Source of the DNA: a bacterium
Lineage (GTDB): Bacteria > Verrucomicrobiota > Verrucomicrobiia > Chthoniobacterales > Terrimicrobiaceae
NCBI GenBank assembly: GCA_037147075.1
Contig: JBAWVX010000001.1
Coordinates: 8,917-72,916 of the forward strand
Length of the DNA stretch: 64,000 bases
Direction: 5' to 3'
Below the pieces are notes generated by a model. It made no database searches. It saw only the letters and a program-made list of their open reading frames with translations, and had not been told where the DNA came from. How positions within the stretch are numbered: the first letter of the stretch is position 1; every line of letters begins with the position of its first letter. A program made the translations under genes and the position numbers. This document shows, piece after piece, positions 12,336 to 21,126 of this stretch.

Positions 12336-13928
12336 TTACCCCTCTTGAGCTTTTTCCAGCGCGAGCGTCATAAAAGAAGTGAGACTGTTCGCAGCAGAAG
12401 AGACATCACTCGTGCCCCACACAGCGGCCTCCAATGCTGTTTGCCCACGGTTTCTAATTCCTTTTTTCACAATTTCCCAGCGACCTTTCAGAGTGTATTC
12501 CCCGCTGCCCATGTCGTCCTCTCCTGACACACTATGAGATTCCGAAACACCATCTGCAACAATCGAGTGGAACACCAGAACCGGGCGCCCGGCGTCGCGG
12601 AATAAAAACACGCGAAATCGAAAGCTCTGACCTCCCGGGTGCAGCGTTACAGACGGAAGTTGCTTCTCAAGCTTCATTCCGATGCTCGCGAGACACGTCC
12701 GGGGGTCGTGAATATTAAGAGCTTGAATCGCCGTCCGGCCAGCGGGCCAGCGAAGATAAAAGTATTGCCAATTCCTGCCGTGGGAATCGATGAATCGCTC
12801 CGAGAATCCCTCGGGGTGAAAGAGAATCCGCCGTGTGCGGTCGGATATGGAAACGGGTTTGGTTCCGTCGGTGCCCGGTTTCATGGACCACATCTTGACC
12901 GATGAAGCGGGGGACTCGTGGCTCCGATACCACAGCTCGGTCCCGGTTAATGAGGCAAGAGAAAGAAGAGCAGCGATCGCGCACGCCCAGGCCACAGAGA
13001 GCGGAATCGAGTGGGACTTTTGGATTTGAGAATTTTTCTTTATCCAAGCGTCAGGGTGTCGTCCTTTTTTGCAAAAAAATTGGTATCCATACGCAAACAA
13101 AAAAACCGCACCCAGAGTCGACGCCAAAATTGTGTGCCCGGCTAAGTCGTGCCATTTTTCCACAGCCGCCATGCCTTCCGTTGAAGCCACGATCGAAAGG
13201 AGCGTGGCTCGAATAAAATTTCCTGCCAGGGCTACGAGAATCGATACGGCAACGAGCACAACCCTCACCACGGATTTCAAGCGAAACATCTCTCCGAGGA
13301 AGAGGGATGCCATGATGCCGCTTTGAAGCGATCTCACACCGCTGCAGGCCTCCTCGATGCCGATTGTCCCTGTGGGCAGGGAAATGAGGTTGCCGCGGCG
13401 CATCGATTCATAACCCAGCCAATGCAGGGCCTCGAGAGTGGCCATCGCGTTTTTTTCCATGAGGAAACCCATCAGAGCCTCCTCTGTGTTCCGTGGCCAT
13501 GGGATGGCGATTAAAAAAAAGGAAACGGGAAAGAGGAAATGCCTTGCCCAAACCGGACCTCCCAGTGCCTGGAGCAGTATCAACGTCAGAACCACCGCCG
13601 AGATGGCTCCGAGGAATCCAGGCACACGCCATTCCGGATTGGCCTCATAAAAGGGTTGAACGGCCAGAAGGAAGAACAGGCAGGGCAGCGCAGCAACGCC
13701 CCAAGCCAGTTTGCTCGTCGGGTCTCTTCTGACCGGCTGGTCCTCCCAGCGTTTCAGAAAGAGGCCCGCACACAGGAGCGGAACGAGAAATCCATAACTG
13801 TATTGCGGGTCGATCTCCCATTCATTCCAGAGCATGCGAATGGCCAGCCACCAGACCAATGCCACCGCAACAAGGACCACGCCAAAACTCGGAAAGGGCG
13901 TTAATCGGCCGGGGGGGATCTTTTCCAA
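12336..13928 (-). CDS. exosortase (EpsH family) with extra C-terminal EpsI-like domain
   Basis: 530 aa, polytopic N-terminal half with exosortase Cys motif GIEEACSGVRSLQSG. About 230 extra C-terminal residues (one more TM plus a soluble domain). TTG start 16 nt after the sugar-transferase stop. A PEP-CTERM cargo gene lies at 28071-28973. Confidence 0.85.
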   Translation of the reverse strand: MEKIPPGRLTPFPSFGVVLVAVALVWWLAIRMLWNEWEIDPQYSYGFLVPLLCAGLFLKRWEDQPVRRDPTSKLAWGVAALPCLFFLLAVQPFYEANPEWRVPGFLGAISAVVLTLILLQALGGPVWARHFLFPVSFFLIAIPWPRNTEEALMGFLMEKNAMATLEALHWLGYESMRRGNLISLPTGTIGIEEACSGVRSLQSGIMASLFLGEMFRLKSVVRVVLVAVSILVALAGNFIRATLLSIVASTEGMAAVEKWHDLAGHTILASTLGAVFLFAYGYQFFCKKGRHPDAWIKKNSQIQKSHSIPLSVAWACAIAALLSLASLTGTELWYRSHESPASSVKMWSMKPGTDGTKPVSISDRTRRILFHPEGFSERFIDSHGRNWQYFYLRWPAGRTAIQALNIHDPRTCLASIGMKLEKQLPSVTLHPGGQSFRFRVFLFRDAGRPVLVFHSIVADGVSESHSVSGEDDMGSGEYTLKGRWEIVKKGIRNRGQTALEAAVWGTSDVSSAANSLTSFMTLALEKAQEG

Positions 13929-13944
13929 GGTATCGGTTTCTAAT

Positions 13945-15420
13945 TCATCTGCCTTTCCCGAAGATCATCACGTGCAGCGTCTTCAGAATCACAGTGGCAT
14001 CCAGGACAAGCGAAAAATGGCGGATATAATAGAGATCATACATGAGCTTTTCGAGAGTGTCTTCCACGCCTGCTCCGTAGGAGTAGTTCACTTGGGCCCA
14101 TCCTGTAATGCCGGGGCGAACGAGATGCCGGAAATGGTAGTAGGGAATGATTTCCTCGTATTGTTCGACGCACTTGATCCATTCGGCTCGCGGCCCGATC
14201 AAGCTCATTTCGCCGCGTAGCACATTCCAAAGTTGAGGAAGCTCGTCCAAGCGAGTGATTCGCAGCCAGTGGCCCAATGGCGTTACGCGTGGATCGCCTT
14301 GGACGGTGTAAAGGCCTTTAAACTCACTCCCGACTTCCATGGTCCGAAATTTGTAAAGTGTGAACAGGTTCCCATGCTGCCCCACCCGGGTTTGGCTGAA
14401 TATAACAGGGCCCCGGCCTTCCAGCTTAATGACCAAGGCCACGAGAGCCATGACAGGCGACATGATCACAAGCGCCACGCAAGAGAGGACCACGTCAAAA
14501 ACGCGTTTTAGCGAGGCGAAAGCCGAGTGTTGCACCAACTGAAAGCCAGAGTCCAAAGGCCAGGTCCTGCTCAGCAGGTCGGGAGGCATCTTTTGCCAGT
14601 AGGCTTCGAAAAAAGAGTGCATCGTGTAGACCGGTAATTCTTGAAAGTGCACGGCGACCAGGGAATTCAAAATGGTGTTGTCAAGTTGGTCGGGGGGGGC
14701 CGCAATGACTATCGCTTCGTGCTCCGTATCGGGATTATCCTGCAGGTTCTTGAGAACATCCCCTGCAAGAGCGCAATACACCGGACTGCCAGGTCCTGCC
14801 ACGCACCTTCCGACCTCTGCGTCTCCCGCCGCAAAAAAGTGGAGGTTTTGCTTTTGGCCATTGGTCAGGTAGTTTTTGTAAAACCTTTCCCCGGATTCCG
14901 CGTCGCTGATGACCAAAAGACGCCGCTTTTTTCGCAGCAGGGGAGAGTCGTAAATCAAACGGCGTTGAAAAAGTGAAGCAAAGCTGAAGAGCAAAAATGT
15001 GATGCTGAAGATCGAGCGGCTGGATGCGACAACTCCGCCAAAGGAAGCCACCAGATAGACGGCAAAGGCCGAAGAGAGAAAGGCCGCAAGGCAGGCGATG
15101 AGGTGCTCGCTGGAATATCCCATGGATTTCATTTCCGAGCGCGGGTTGTAGGCGCCGATGAGGCTGAGTGAAAAAACCGATATGGCGGTGGGAATGAGGA
15201 CTTCCGGCCAGCCGTATTGATTGAAATTGCCTGATAATTCCGATAACCCGATATAAATACCAGCCCAAGCCAGGCAATCGAAAGTCAAGATCGCCATCAT
15301 GACGATCCTTTCACGGGACGAACCACGGGCTACTTTCAGACCAGCGGGGAATAAAGAAACCGTTTTTCGCAGAACAGGATGTGGTTCGCGACCCGGCGCT
15401 TCGATGGTAGTTGTGGCCAT
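13945..15420 (-). CDS. exopolysaccharide-priming polyprenyl glycosylphosphotransferase (bacterial sugar transferase family)
   Basis: C-terminal LKRVFDVVLS..IFSQTRVG..FTLYKFRTM..RITRLDELPQLWNVLRGEMSLIGPR sugar-transferase domain preceded by TM helices. Start taken as ATG 15420 (MATTTIEAPG). The ORF is open to a TTG at 15594, so the 5' end is uncertain. Confidence 0.88.
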   Translation of the reverse strand: MATTTIEAPGREPHPVLRKTVSLFPAGLKVARGSSRERIVMMAILTFDCLAWAGIYIGLSELSGNFNQYGWPEVLIPTAISVFSLSLIGAYNPRSEMKSMGYSSEHLIACLAAFLSSAFAVYLVASFGGVVASSRSIFSITFLLFSFASLFQRRLIYDSPLLRKKRRLLVISDAESGERFYKNYLTNGQKQNLHFFAAGDAEVGRCVAGPGSPVYCALAGDVLKNLQDNPDTEHEAIVIAAPPDQLDNTILNSLVAVHFQELPVYTMHSFFEAYWQKMPPDLLSRTWPLDSGFQLVQHSAFASLKRVFDVVLSCVALVIMSPVMALVALVIKLEGRGPVIFSQTRVGQHGNLFTLYKFRTMEVGSEFKGLYTVQGDPRVTPLGHWLRITRLDELPQLWNVLRGEMSLIGPRAEWIKCVEQYEEIIPYYHFRHLVRPGITGWAQVNYSYGAGVEDTLEKLMYDLYYIRHFSLVLDATVILKTLHVMIFGKGR

Positions 15421-15670
15421 GAACTTTGCAGATTCGGAGGTGGATGACAACTTAATCAGAAAACCTGCGGAGTAAAGTTTTTCCGAGCCCACCCGTGTCA
15501 GCGCGGAAACTTTCGCTCTCATCCTGCTCCAAGCCCAATAAAATCCGCCCAACCCAATCATCTGGTGCCCTGAACGAGGGCCGAATCTTGTCAATGGCAG
15601 GCAGAGCGTTTATAAAGAAGTCAGCTTCATCTCGTCAAAAACACAAGCCCTCCTCGCCACGTCATCCACC

Positions 15671-16558
15671 ATGCAAATGCAAAACCTCACTTCGCGCAAA
15701 GGCATCATTCTGGCCGGCGGCTCTGGCACCCGGCTTTATCCACTGACGATCGCCTTGAGCAAGCAACTCATGCCGGTTTACGACAAACCGATGGTCTACT
15801 ATCCCTTGTCGGTTCTTATGCTGGCGGGGATTCGGGACATTTTGCTGATCTCGACACCCGAGGATCTTCCTCTATTTCAGAGGTTGCTGGGAGATGGCAA
15901 CCAATTTGGAATCACCCTAGAATACGCTGTGCAACCACGTCCGGAGGGGCTTGCCCAGGCATTCCACATCGGAGCCGATTTTATTGGCAACTCTCCATCG
16001 GCCCTCGTTCTGGGGGACAATATTTTCTATGGTGAGAATTTCGTCGAGGCCATCCAGAGTGCCGGTGATCGCAGCCATGGCGCCACGATTTTTGGTTATC
16101 ATGTCGCGGAGCCGACCGCCTATGGAGTCGTCGAATTCGCCCCGGACGGCCAAGTTCTTTCTATTGAAGAAAAGCCTGCCAAGCCCAAGTCGAACTTTGC
16201 GGTTCCGGGTCTTTATTTTTACGATGATCGCGTGGTCTCACTGGCTCGCGGTTTGAAACCCTCAGCTCGTGGCGAACTGGAGATCACGGATCTCAACCGG
16301 ATTTATCTTGAAGAGGGAACACTCCGGGTCGAACTGCTCGGACGAGGCACTGCTTGGCTCGATACCGGCACCCATGAATCCCTGATGGAAGCTGCGGAAT
16401 TCGTGAGCGTGATCGAGCGCCGCCAAGGCCTCAAAATCGCCTGCCTCGAGGAAATTGCCCTGCACAACCAATGGATCGACCAAGCCGGACTCGAAGCCCA
16501 GATCGCAAGGCTCGGCAAGTCGAGCTACGGGGCCTACCTGCGACGACTCGCGAAGTAG
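15671..16558 (+). CDS. rfbA: glucose-1-phosphate thymidylyltransferase
   Basis: 295 aa with [26 protein letters not shown] and [11 protein letters not shown] blocks. Divergent from the sugar transferase. Confidence 0.95.
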   Translation: MQMQNLTSRKGIILAGGSGTRLYPLTIALSKQLMPVYDKPMVYYPLSVLMLAGIRDILLISTPEDLPLFQRLLGDGNQFGITLEYAVQPRPEGLAQAFHIGADFIGNSPSALVLGDNIFYGENFVEAIQSAGDRSHGATIFGYHVAEPTAYGVVEFAPDGQVLSIEEKPAKPKSNFAVPGLYFYDDRVVSLARGLKPSARGELEITDLNRIYLEEGTLRVELLGRGTAWLDTGTHESLMEAAEFVSVIERRQGLKIACLEEIALHNQWIDQAGLEAQIARLGKSSYGAYLRRLAK

Positions 16559-16607
16559 AGCCACTCGACTTGCTTCCATTGGGTTCCCAATTCATATTTT
16601 AGGAATC

Positions 16608-17138
16608 ATGCGGATCACGCTTCCCGGCACGCTATTGGCTTTCGCCCTTTCCATCCTTTTATGTGGTTGCGAATCGGTCTCGTCGACCTCGCAATTCTAC
16701 CGACCAGTCACGGCAAGGGTCTATCCCCCCAAGCCCAAGGACTACAACGTGCCCATCTTTTCCAAGCCCCCCGACAGGCCCTACACCGAGATCGGGAGAC
16801 TCTCTTTCACTGCGACGGCTGGTTACGATTTCATGATCAAAGCCATTCAATACAACGCCCGGATTCACGGTGGCGATGCGGCCATTATGCTCCACGAAAA
16901 CACCGAGCAGCGACCTTACAATTACTATGTTCCGGGCTACACATCCTATGTGCCCGTGACGACATACAGCTTCGGTGCGGCCAACTCCGCAATCTGTGGG
17001 CCTGGAGGACCGGGCCGCCGCACGGAATATGGCACCAGCACATCCACGACTTATCTGCCGGCCTTCAACCCCGGTTACATCAGTGTCGGAATGCTCACCC
17101 TGCACTCCATCGACGCGTTGATCATTCGCTACAAGTAA
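16608..17138 (+). CDS. lipoprotein of unknown function
   Basis: Start at ATG 16608 gives MRITLPGTLLAFALSILLCGCESV (signal peptide plus lipobox LLCGC). The upstream part of ORF 16455-17138 overlaps the rfbA 3' end. Confidence 0.65.
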   Translation: MRITLPGTLLAFALSILLCGCESVSSTSQFYRPVTARVYPPKPKDYNVPIFSKPPDRPYTEIGRLSFTATAGYDFMIKAIQYNARIHGGDAAIMLHENTEQRPYNYYVPGYTSYVPVTTYSFGAANSAICGPGGPGRRTEYGTSTSTTYLPAFNPGYISVGMLTLHSIDALIIRYK

Positions 17139-17190
17139 CACCTCCTCATCTTCGGCTGTCGAAAGATTCGACACCTCTTCATCTTCGGCT
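17138..17190. repeat. two direct 20-mers between the lipoprotein gene and the antiporter gene
   Basis: ACACCTCCTCATCTTCGGCT (17138-17157) and ACACCTCTTCATCTTCGGCT (17171-17190). One mismatch, 33-nt period, 39 nt upstream of ATG 17229. Confidence 0.8.
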
Positions 17191-17228
17191 CGCAAAAAGC
17201 CAAGTGTTCCGCGAGGATTGCTCGAGGG

Positions 17229-18947
17229 ATGCAGATTTTTCACCACGCGGGTTTTTGTTTGGTCGCCTCGAGCGGGGTTCCGCCCATGTTTTCTCTCCTG
17301 GCCTTCATGCTCGTTGGGGTGGTGTTGGCCTCGCTCGTGCTTCTCAAATTGCGCCAATCCTTGCTTGTGGCGTATTTTCTCTGTGGTTTGGCGATTGCCA
17401 ATACCGGGCTGCTGGAGGCTGTGGCCGGTCCCCAGACAAGGGAGGCCGTGTCTTCGATGTCGGATATCGGGGTCATGCTCCTGCTCTTTGTTCTGGGAAT
17501 GGAATTCTCCCTCGGCGAGCTGCGCCATCTCCGCCGCTACGCTTTTATCGGCGGTGGAATTCAAGTCGCTCTCACAATGCTTGCAGCGGGTTTCGCAGCT
17601 AGAACCCTTTTCGCTCTCGACTGGCCCCATGTGGCCGTCGTGGCTGTGGCCTGCGCCCTGAGTTCCACGGCGATCAGCGTGAAGCTCTACCATGACATGG
17701 GCGTCTCGGCGAGTTCAGGAGCCCGCCTGGCGCTGGGTGTGGCGATTTTTCAGGACATTTTCATCATCCTCTTTCTCGTGATCATGCCCGCGCTTTTCGT
17801 GCCGGCTGCTCATGGCGGGGGCCTGGCGCCTGTCCTTGGCCTGACACTGGGAAAAGGTGTCGCCTTCGTCGCCATGGCGGTCGCTTTGGCGAAGTATGTT
17901 ATTCCCCGATTGCTTCGTTCTGTTGCCGATACCCGGAGCCGTGAGCTCTTCACGCTCACCGTGGCCGGTCTGTGCGTTGGCGTGGCCTTTCTCGCCGCGA
18001 TCATGGGCCTGAGTCTCGTCTTAGGCGCATTCGTCGCTGGATTGGCTGTCAGCGAGTGCATCTACAAGCACCGCATCCTGTCTGATATTGCGCCGATCAA
18101 GGATTTGTTCCTCACGATTTTCTTCGTCTCGGTCGGTCTCGGAATCGACCTGCGCTCGGCGATGGAATCCTGGCAAACCATCCTCTGTCTGGCAGCCGCC
18201 CTCATTTTTGGGAAAACACTTCTTGTTGGCGCGATCGCCCGTTTCCTCGGCCTGAGTTGGAGGGCTGCGGCTTTCGCGGGAATAGGGCTCGGCAGCGCGG
18301 GTGAGTTCTCCCTCGTCCTTCTCGCCAAAACCTCAAGTCTGGCTTCTTGGCCCTCCTCGCTGGACGATACCCTCACCGCATCCATGGCACTCTCCATGGC
18401 TTTGGTGCCTGTTCTCATCAGATTCGCCCAACCAGTCGGGAACTGGCTGGATAGACACGCGGCCGGTCCACACGGACATTCCTCCGCTCCGTTGCCGCCT
18501 GCCCAGCGTGTGCGGGGATTGGCCGACCATGCCATCATTTGCGGATACGGTCCGGTCGGACGCGGACTGGCCACCGCTCTCGCCGATGAGGGTATTGCCT
18601 GCCTGGTTATAGACCTCAACGCGGAAGCAATTCGCGAGTTGCAAAGCGACGGTCAGGCGGCTCTGTTCGCCGACGCTCGGCAACCCGAGGTCTGGGACCT
18701 CTGCGGGGTTCCTCTGGCACGCCTCGTTGCCTTCACTTTTCCCGCGACTCCAGAGATCGCAGGTGCCATTCAGTTTGTTCGGGAACGAAACCCAGCCGTC
18801 ACCATCCTGGCTCGCACCAAATTCAGCTCCGAATCCGAAAAACTCCGGACAGTCGGAGTGGACGTCGTCATCTTGGATGAAGCCGAGAGCGGTCGCGCGG
18901 TCATACGCGAGGCCCTCGGCGCATTCAACCACGCCGAGGAGGAGTGA
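17229..18947 (+). CDS. CPA2-family cation:proton antiporter with C-terminal RCK/TrkA-N domain (KefB/KefC-like)
   Basis: 572 aa with about 12 TM helices, then AIICGYGPVGRGLATAL Rossmann motif. The start could instead be ATG 17286 (MFSLLAFML). Confidence 0.85.
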   Translation: MQIFHHAGFCLVASSGVPPMFSLLAFMLVGVVLASLVLLKLRQSLLVAYFLCGLAIANTGLLEAVAGPQTREAVSSMSDIGVMLLLFVLGMEFSLGELRHLRRYAFIGGGIQVALTMLAAGFAARTLFALDWPHVAVVAVACALSSTAISVKLYHDMGVSASSGARLALGVAIFQDIFIILFLVIMPALFVPAAHGGGLAPVLGLTLGKGVAFVAMAVALAKYVIPRLLRSVADTRSRELFTLTVAGLCVGVAFLAAIMGLSLVLGAFVAGLAVSECIYKHRILSDIAPIKDLFLTIFFVSVGLGIDLRSAMESWQTILCLAAALIFGKTLLVGAIARFLGLSWRAAAFAGIGLGSAGEFSLVLLAKTSSLASWPSSLDDTLTASMALSMALVPVLIRFAQPVGNWLDRHAAGPHGHSSAPLPPAQRVRGLADHAIICGYGPVGRGLATALADEGIACLVIDLNAEAIRELQSDGQAALFADARQPEVWDLCGVPLARLVAFTFPATPEIAGAIQFVRERNPAVTILARTKFSSESEKLRTVGVDVVILDEAESGRAVIREALGAFNHAEEE

Positions 18948-18991
18948 TTCAGTTCGCGCCTCACGGCCGTGCACGCGGGAGAAGCCGTGAA

Positions 18992-19984
18992 TTATAAATC
19001 GCATGCGGCATCGATCGCTTCGAATTCCTCCGGGCTGATCCCGGCGTTTTGAAGAGCAGCGATGTTTTCGCGGATTTGATCAAGACGGCTGGCTCCGATG
19101 AGCACAGAGGTGACAGAGGGGCGATTAAGCAACCAGATGATGGCGAGTTGAGCCAAAGACTGACCACGACTTTCTGCGAGGGATGTCAACGCCCGGACGC
19201 GCCGCATTTTTTCCTCGGTGAGGTGGTCGGGTTTTAAAAAACCGTGCGGTTTGCTGGCCCGCGAGCATTTTTGAATGCCCTTCAGATAGCGATTCGTGAG
19301 CAGACCTTGGGCGAGCGGACTGAAGGCGATGCATCCCGCTCCGACATCAAGCAAGACTTTCGATAGACCGTCCTCCACCCAGCGATTGAACATATTGTAG
19401 GAAGGCTGATGGATCAGCAGCGGCACACCGGCGGCGGCGAGCAACTCGGCGGCGCGACGGGTCATGTCGGCCGGGTAGTTGGAAATCCCGGCGTAGAGCG
19501 CTTTTCCCGAGCGCACGGCTTGCACGAGTGCTCCCATGGTCTCCTCGAGCGGAGTCTCCATGTCGGGGCGGTGACTGTAAAAAACATCCACATAATCGAG
19601 GCCGAGGCGCTTTAGACTTTGATCGAGGCTGGAGAGAAGCGATTTTCTGGAGCCCCAGTCGCCGTAGGGTCCGGGCCACATGCGGTAGCCCGCCTTCGTG
19701 GAGATCACCATTTCATCGCGGTATGCGGAGAGATCCTTTTTCAAAATCCTCCCGAAAGTTTCTTCCGCGCTGCCCGACACAGGCCCGTAGTTGTTGGCGA
19801 GGTCGAAGTGCGTGATGCCCATGTCGAACGAACCGAGGATCATTTCCCGGCAGTTTTCGAAAACATCGACGCTGCCGAAATTATGCCACAGCCCGAGCGA
19901 GAGGGCGGGGAGAAGCAGCCCGCTCCTGCCGCACCGGCGGTATGGCATTTGATCGTATCGCGTGGAGGCGGGGATGTGGTTCAC
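18992..19984 (-). CDS. aldo-keto reductase, YghZ/Gpr-like
   Basis: Close to E. coli YghZ as I recall it (YRRCGRSGLLLPALSLGLWHNFG, GITHFDLANNYGP, LIHQPSYNMFNRW). Start placed at GTG 19984, which overlaps the upstream stop (GTGA) and reproduces the YghZ N-terminal length. The ORF is open to GTG 20011. Confidence 0.9.
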   Translation of the reverse strand: MNHIPASTRYDQMPYRRCGRSGLLLPALSLGLWHNFGSVDVFENCREMILGSFDMGITHFDLANNYGPVSGSAEETFGRILKKDLSAYRDEMVISTKAGYRMWPGPYGDWGSRKSLLSSLDQSLKRLGLDYVDVFYSHRPDMETPLEETMGALVQAVRSGKALYAGISNYPADMTRRAAELLAAAGVPLLIHQPSYNMFNRWVEDGLSKVLLDVGAGCIAFSPLAQGLLTNRYLKGIQKCSRASKPHGFLKPDHLTEEKMRRVRALTSLAESRGQSLAQLAIIWLLNRPSVTSVLIGASRLDQIRENIAALQNAGISPEEFEAIDAACDL

Positions 19985-21126
19985 AAGAGCGGCTTCTCGA
20001 AGAGACCCCACTCGCGGTCCGGCTCGCCGCCGACAATCTGGCAGACATCGATAATTTCGGCATTGGTGTCCTCAAGCCAGCCGAGCGTGGCGTCGGTGTG
20101 GTGCTTCTTGGCTTCCGAGAATTGTTCATGCACCAGCCAGGCGTGAAGACCCCTGTCCCGAAACTCCGGAATGACGCCGAGAACAGTCTGGCGGCAGGTT
20201 TTGATCTTCCGCGTTTTCATCAGGAAGAAAATATGGAGCAGCCGGAGCCAGTGGGGCGTGTTCTTGGCGGCGGTGAGGATTTCGTTGAAATTCGGCAGGG
20301 TGATGGCCACACCGGCATCGCGTCCCTTGGATTCGCCGATGAGCAAGAGCCTCGGATCGGCGATGGCGCGGATGTCCTCCGCCGAGTCGAGCAAATCCTC
20401 CATGCCGATCGGAACGAATCCCCAGTTTCTCTCCAGCGTGGCATTGTAAACCTCGCGCACGATTTTCAACTCCTCCTCGAGGCGCTTGAGTTGAAAGGGG
20501 CGGGTGGTGAGGTTGGCCCGTTTCTTGAGCCGTTCGACAATTCGCACAAACCTCTCCGGCGGGTTCAGTCGGTGCAGTGGAAGGTTCAGAGCATAGAGGG
20601 TTCGGACTTTTTGAAATCCCAAGCTCTCGACCAACGGAGCGTAGTAGGCGGGATTCCAAGGCAGGCCGATGACGGGTTGTTTCTCGAAGCCGTTGAGAAG
20701 AATCCCGCAATCGTCATTGATGCTGGGATTGTAGGGGCCTCGAATGGTCTCCAACCCCGCCTCGCGCAGGACCCTGGCGGCTTTTTCGAAGAGGGCTTGG
20801 ACAACAGCCGGCTCGTTGACGCAATCGAAGAAACCGAAAAATCCGGTTTTGTCCTTGTGATAGTCATTATGCGAACGGTTCACAACCGCCGCGATGCGGC
20901 CTATGGGACGCCCGCCGCGCTCGGCGATGAAGGCCGTGATCGTGCCGTGGCGGCGGTGAAAAGTGGAGCCGGGCGCGAGAAACTTCGCAACGCTACCGGG
21001 AAACGGCGGCACGAAGGCCGGATCCGTTTTGTGAATGATCTCCGCCGTTCTCTCGAACCGCGTCCTCTGAGACGGAGTCCGGCAGACGGAAATCGAAAAT
21101 GTTTTTGCGTCGTCCTGGATTGACAT
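19981..21126 (-). CDS. GNAT-fold N-acyltransferase-like protein (about 380 aa, function unknown)
   Basis: MSIQDDAKTFSISV..DPAFVPPF..GFFGFFDCV..GPYNPSINDDCGILLNGF..WNPAYYAPLVESLGFQK. This matches an uncharacterised long-GNAT family as I recall it. The first 116-120 codons of ORF 19981-21483 overlap the upstream gene and were dropped. ATG 21138 is an alternative start. Confidence 0.7.
   Translation of the reverse strand: MSIQDDAKTFSISVCRTPSQRTRFERTAEIIHKTDPAFVPPFPGSVAKFLAPGSTFHRRHGTITAFIAERGGRPIGRIAAVVNRSHNDYHKDKTGFFGFFDCVNEPAVVQALFEKAARVLREAGLETIRGPYNPSINDDCGILLNGFEKQPVIGLPWNPAYYAPLVESLGFQKVRTLYALNLPLHRLNPPERFVRIVERLKKRANLTTRPFQLKRLEEELKIVREVYNATLERNWGFVPIGMEDLLDSAEDIRAIADPRLLLIGESKGRDAGVAITLPNFNEILTAAKNTPHWLRLLHIFFLMKTRKIKTCRQTVLGVIPEFRDRGLHAWLVHEQFSEAKKHHTDATLGWLEDTNAEIIDVCQIVGGEPDREWGLFEKPLL

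Noticed and set aside
16659-17693. 344-aa minus-strand and 313-aa plus-strand (16661-17602) ORFs
   Set aside because: They overlap the lipoprotein and antiporter genes in wrong frames, and their compositions are Arg/Gly/His-rich.
19942-21123. 393-aa plus-strand ORF
   Set aside because: It is antisense to the GNAT-like and AKR genes, which have recognisable family motifs. Its translation is Arg/Gly/Asp-rich.
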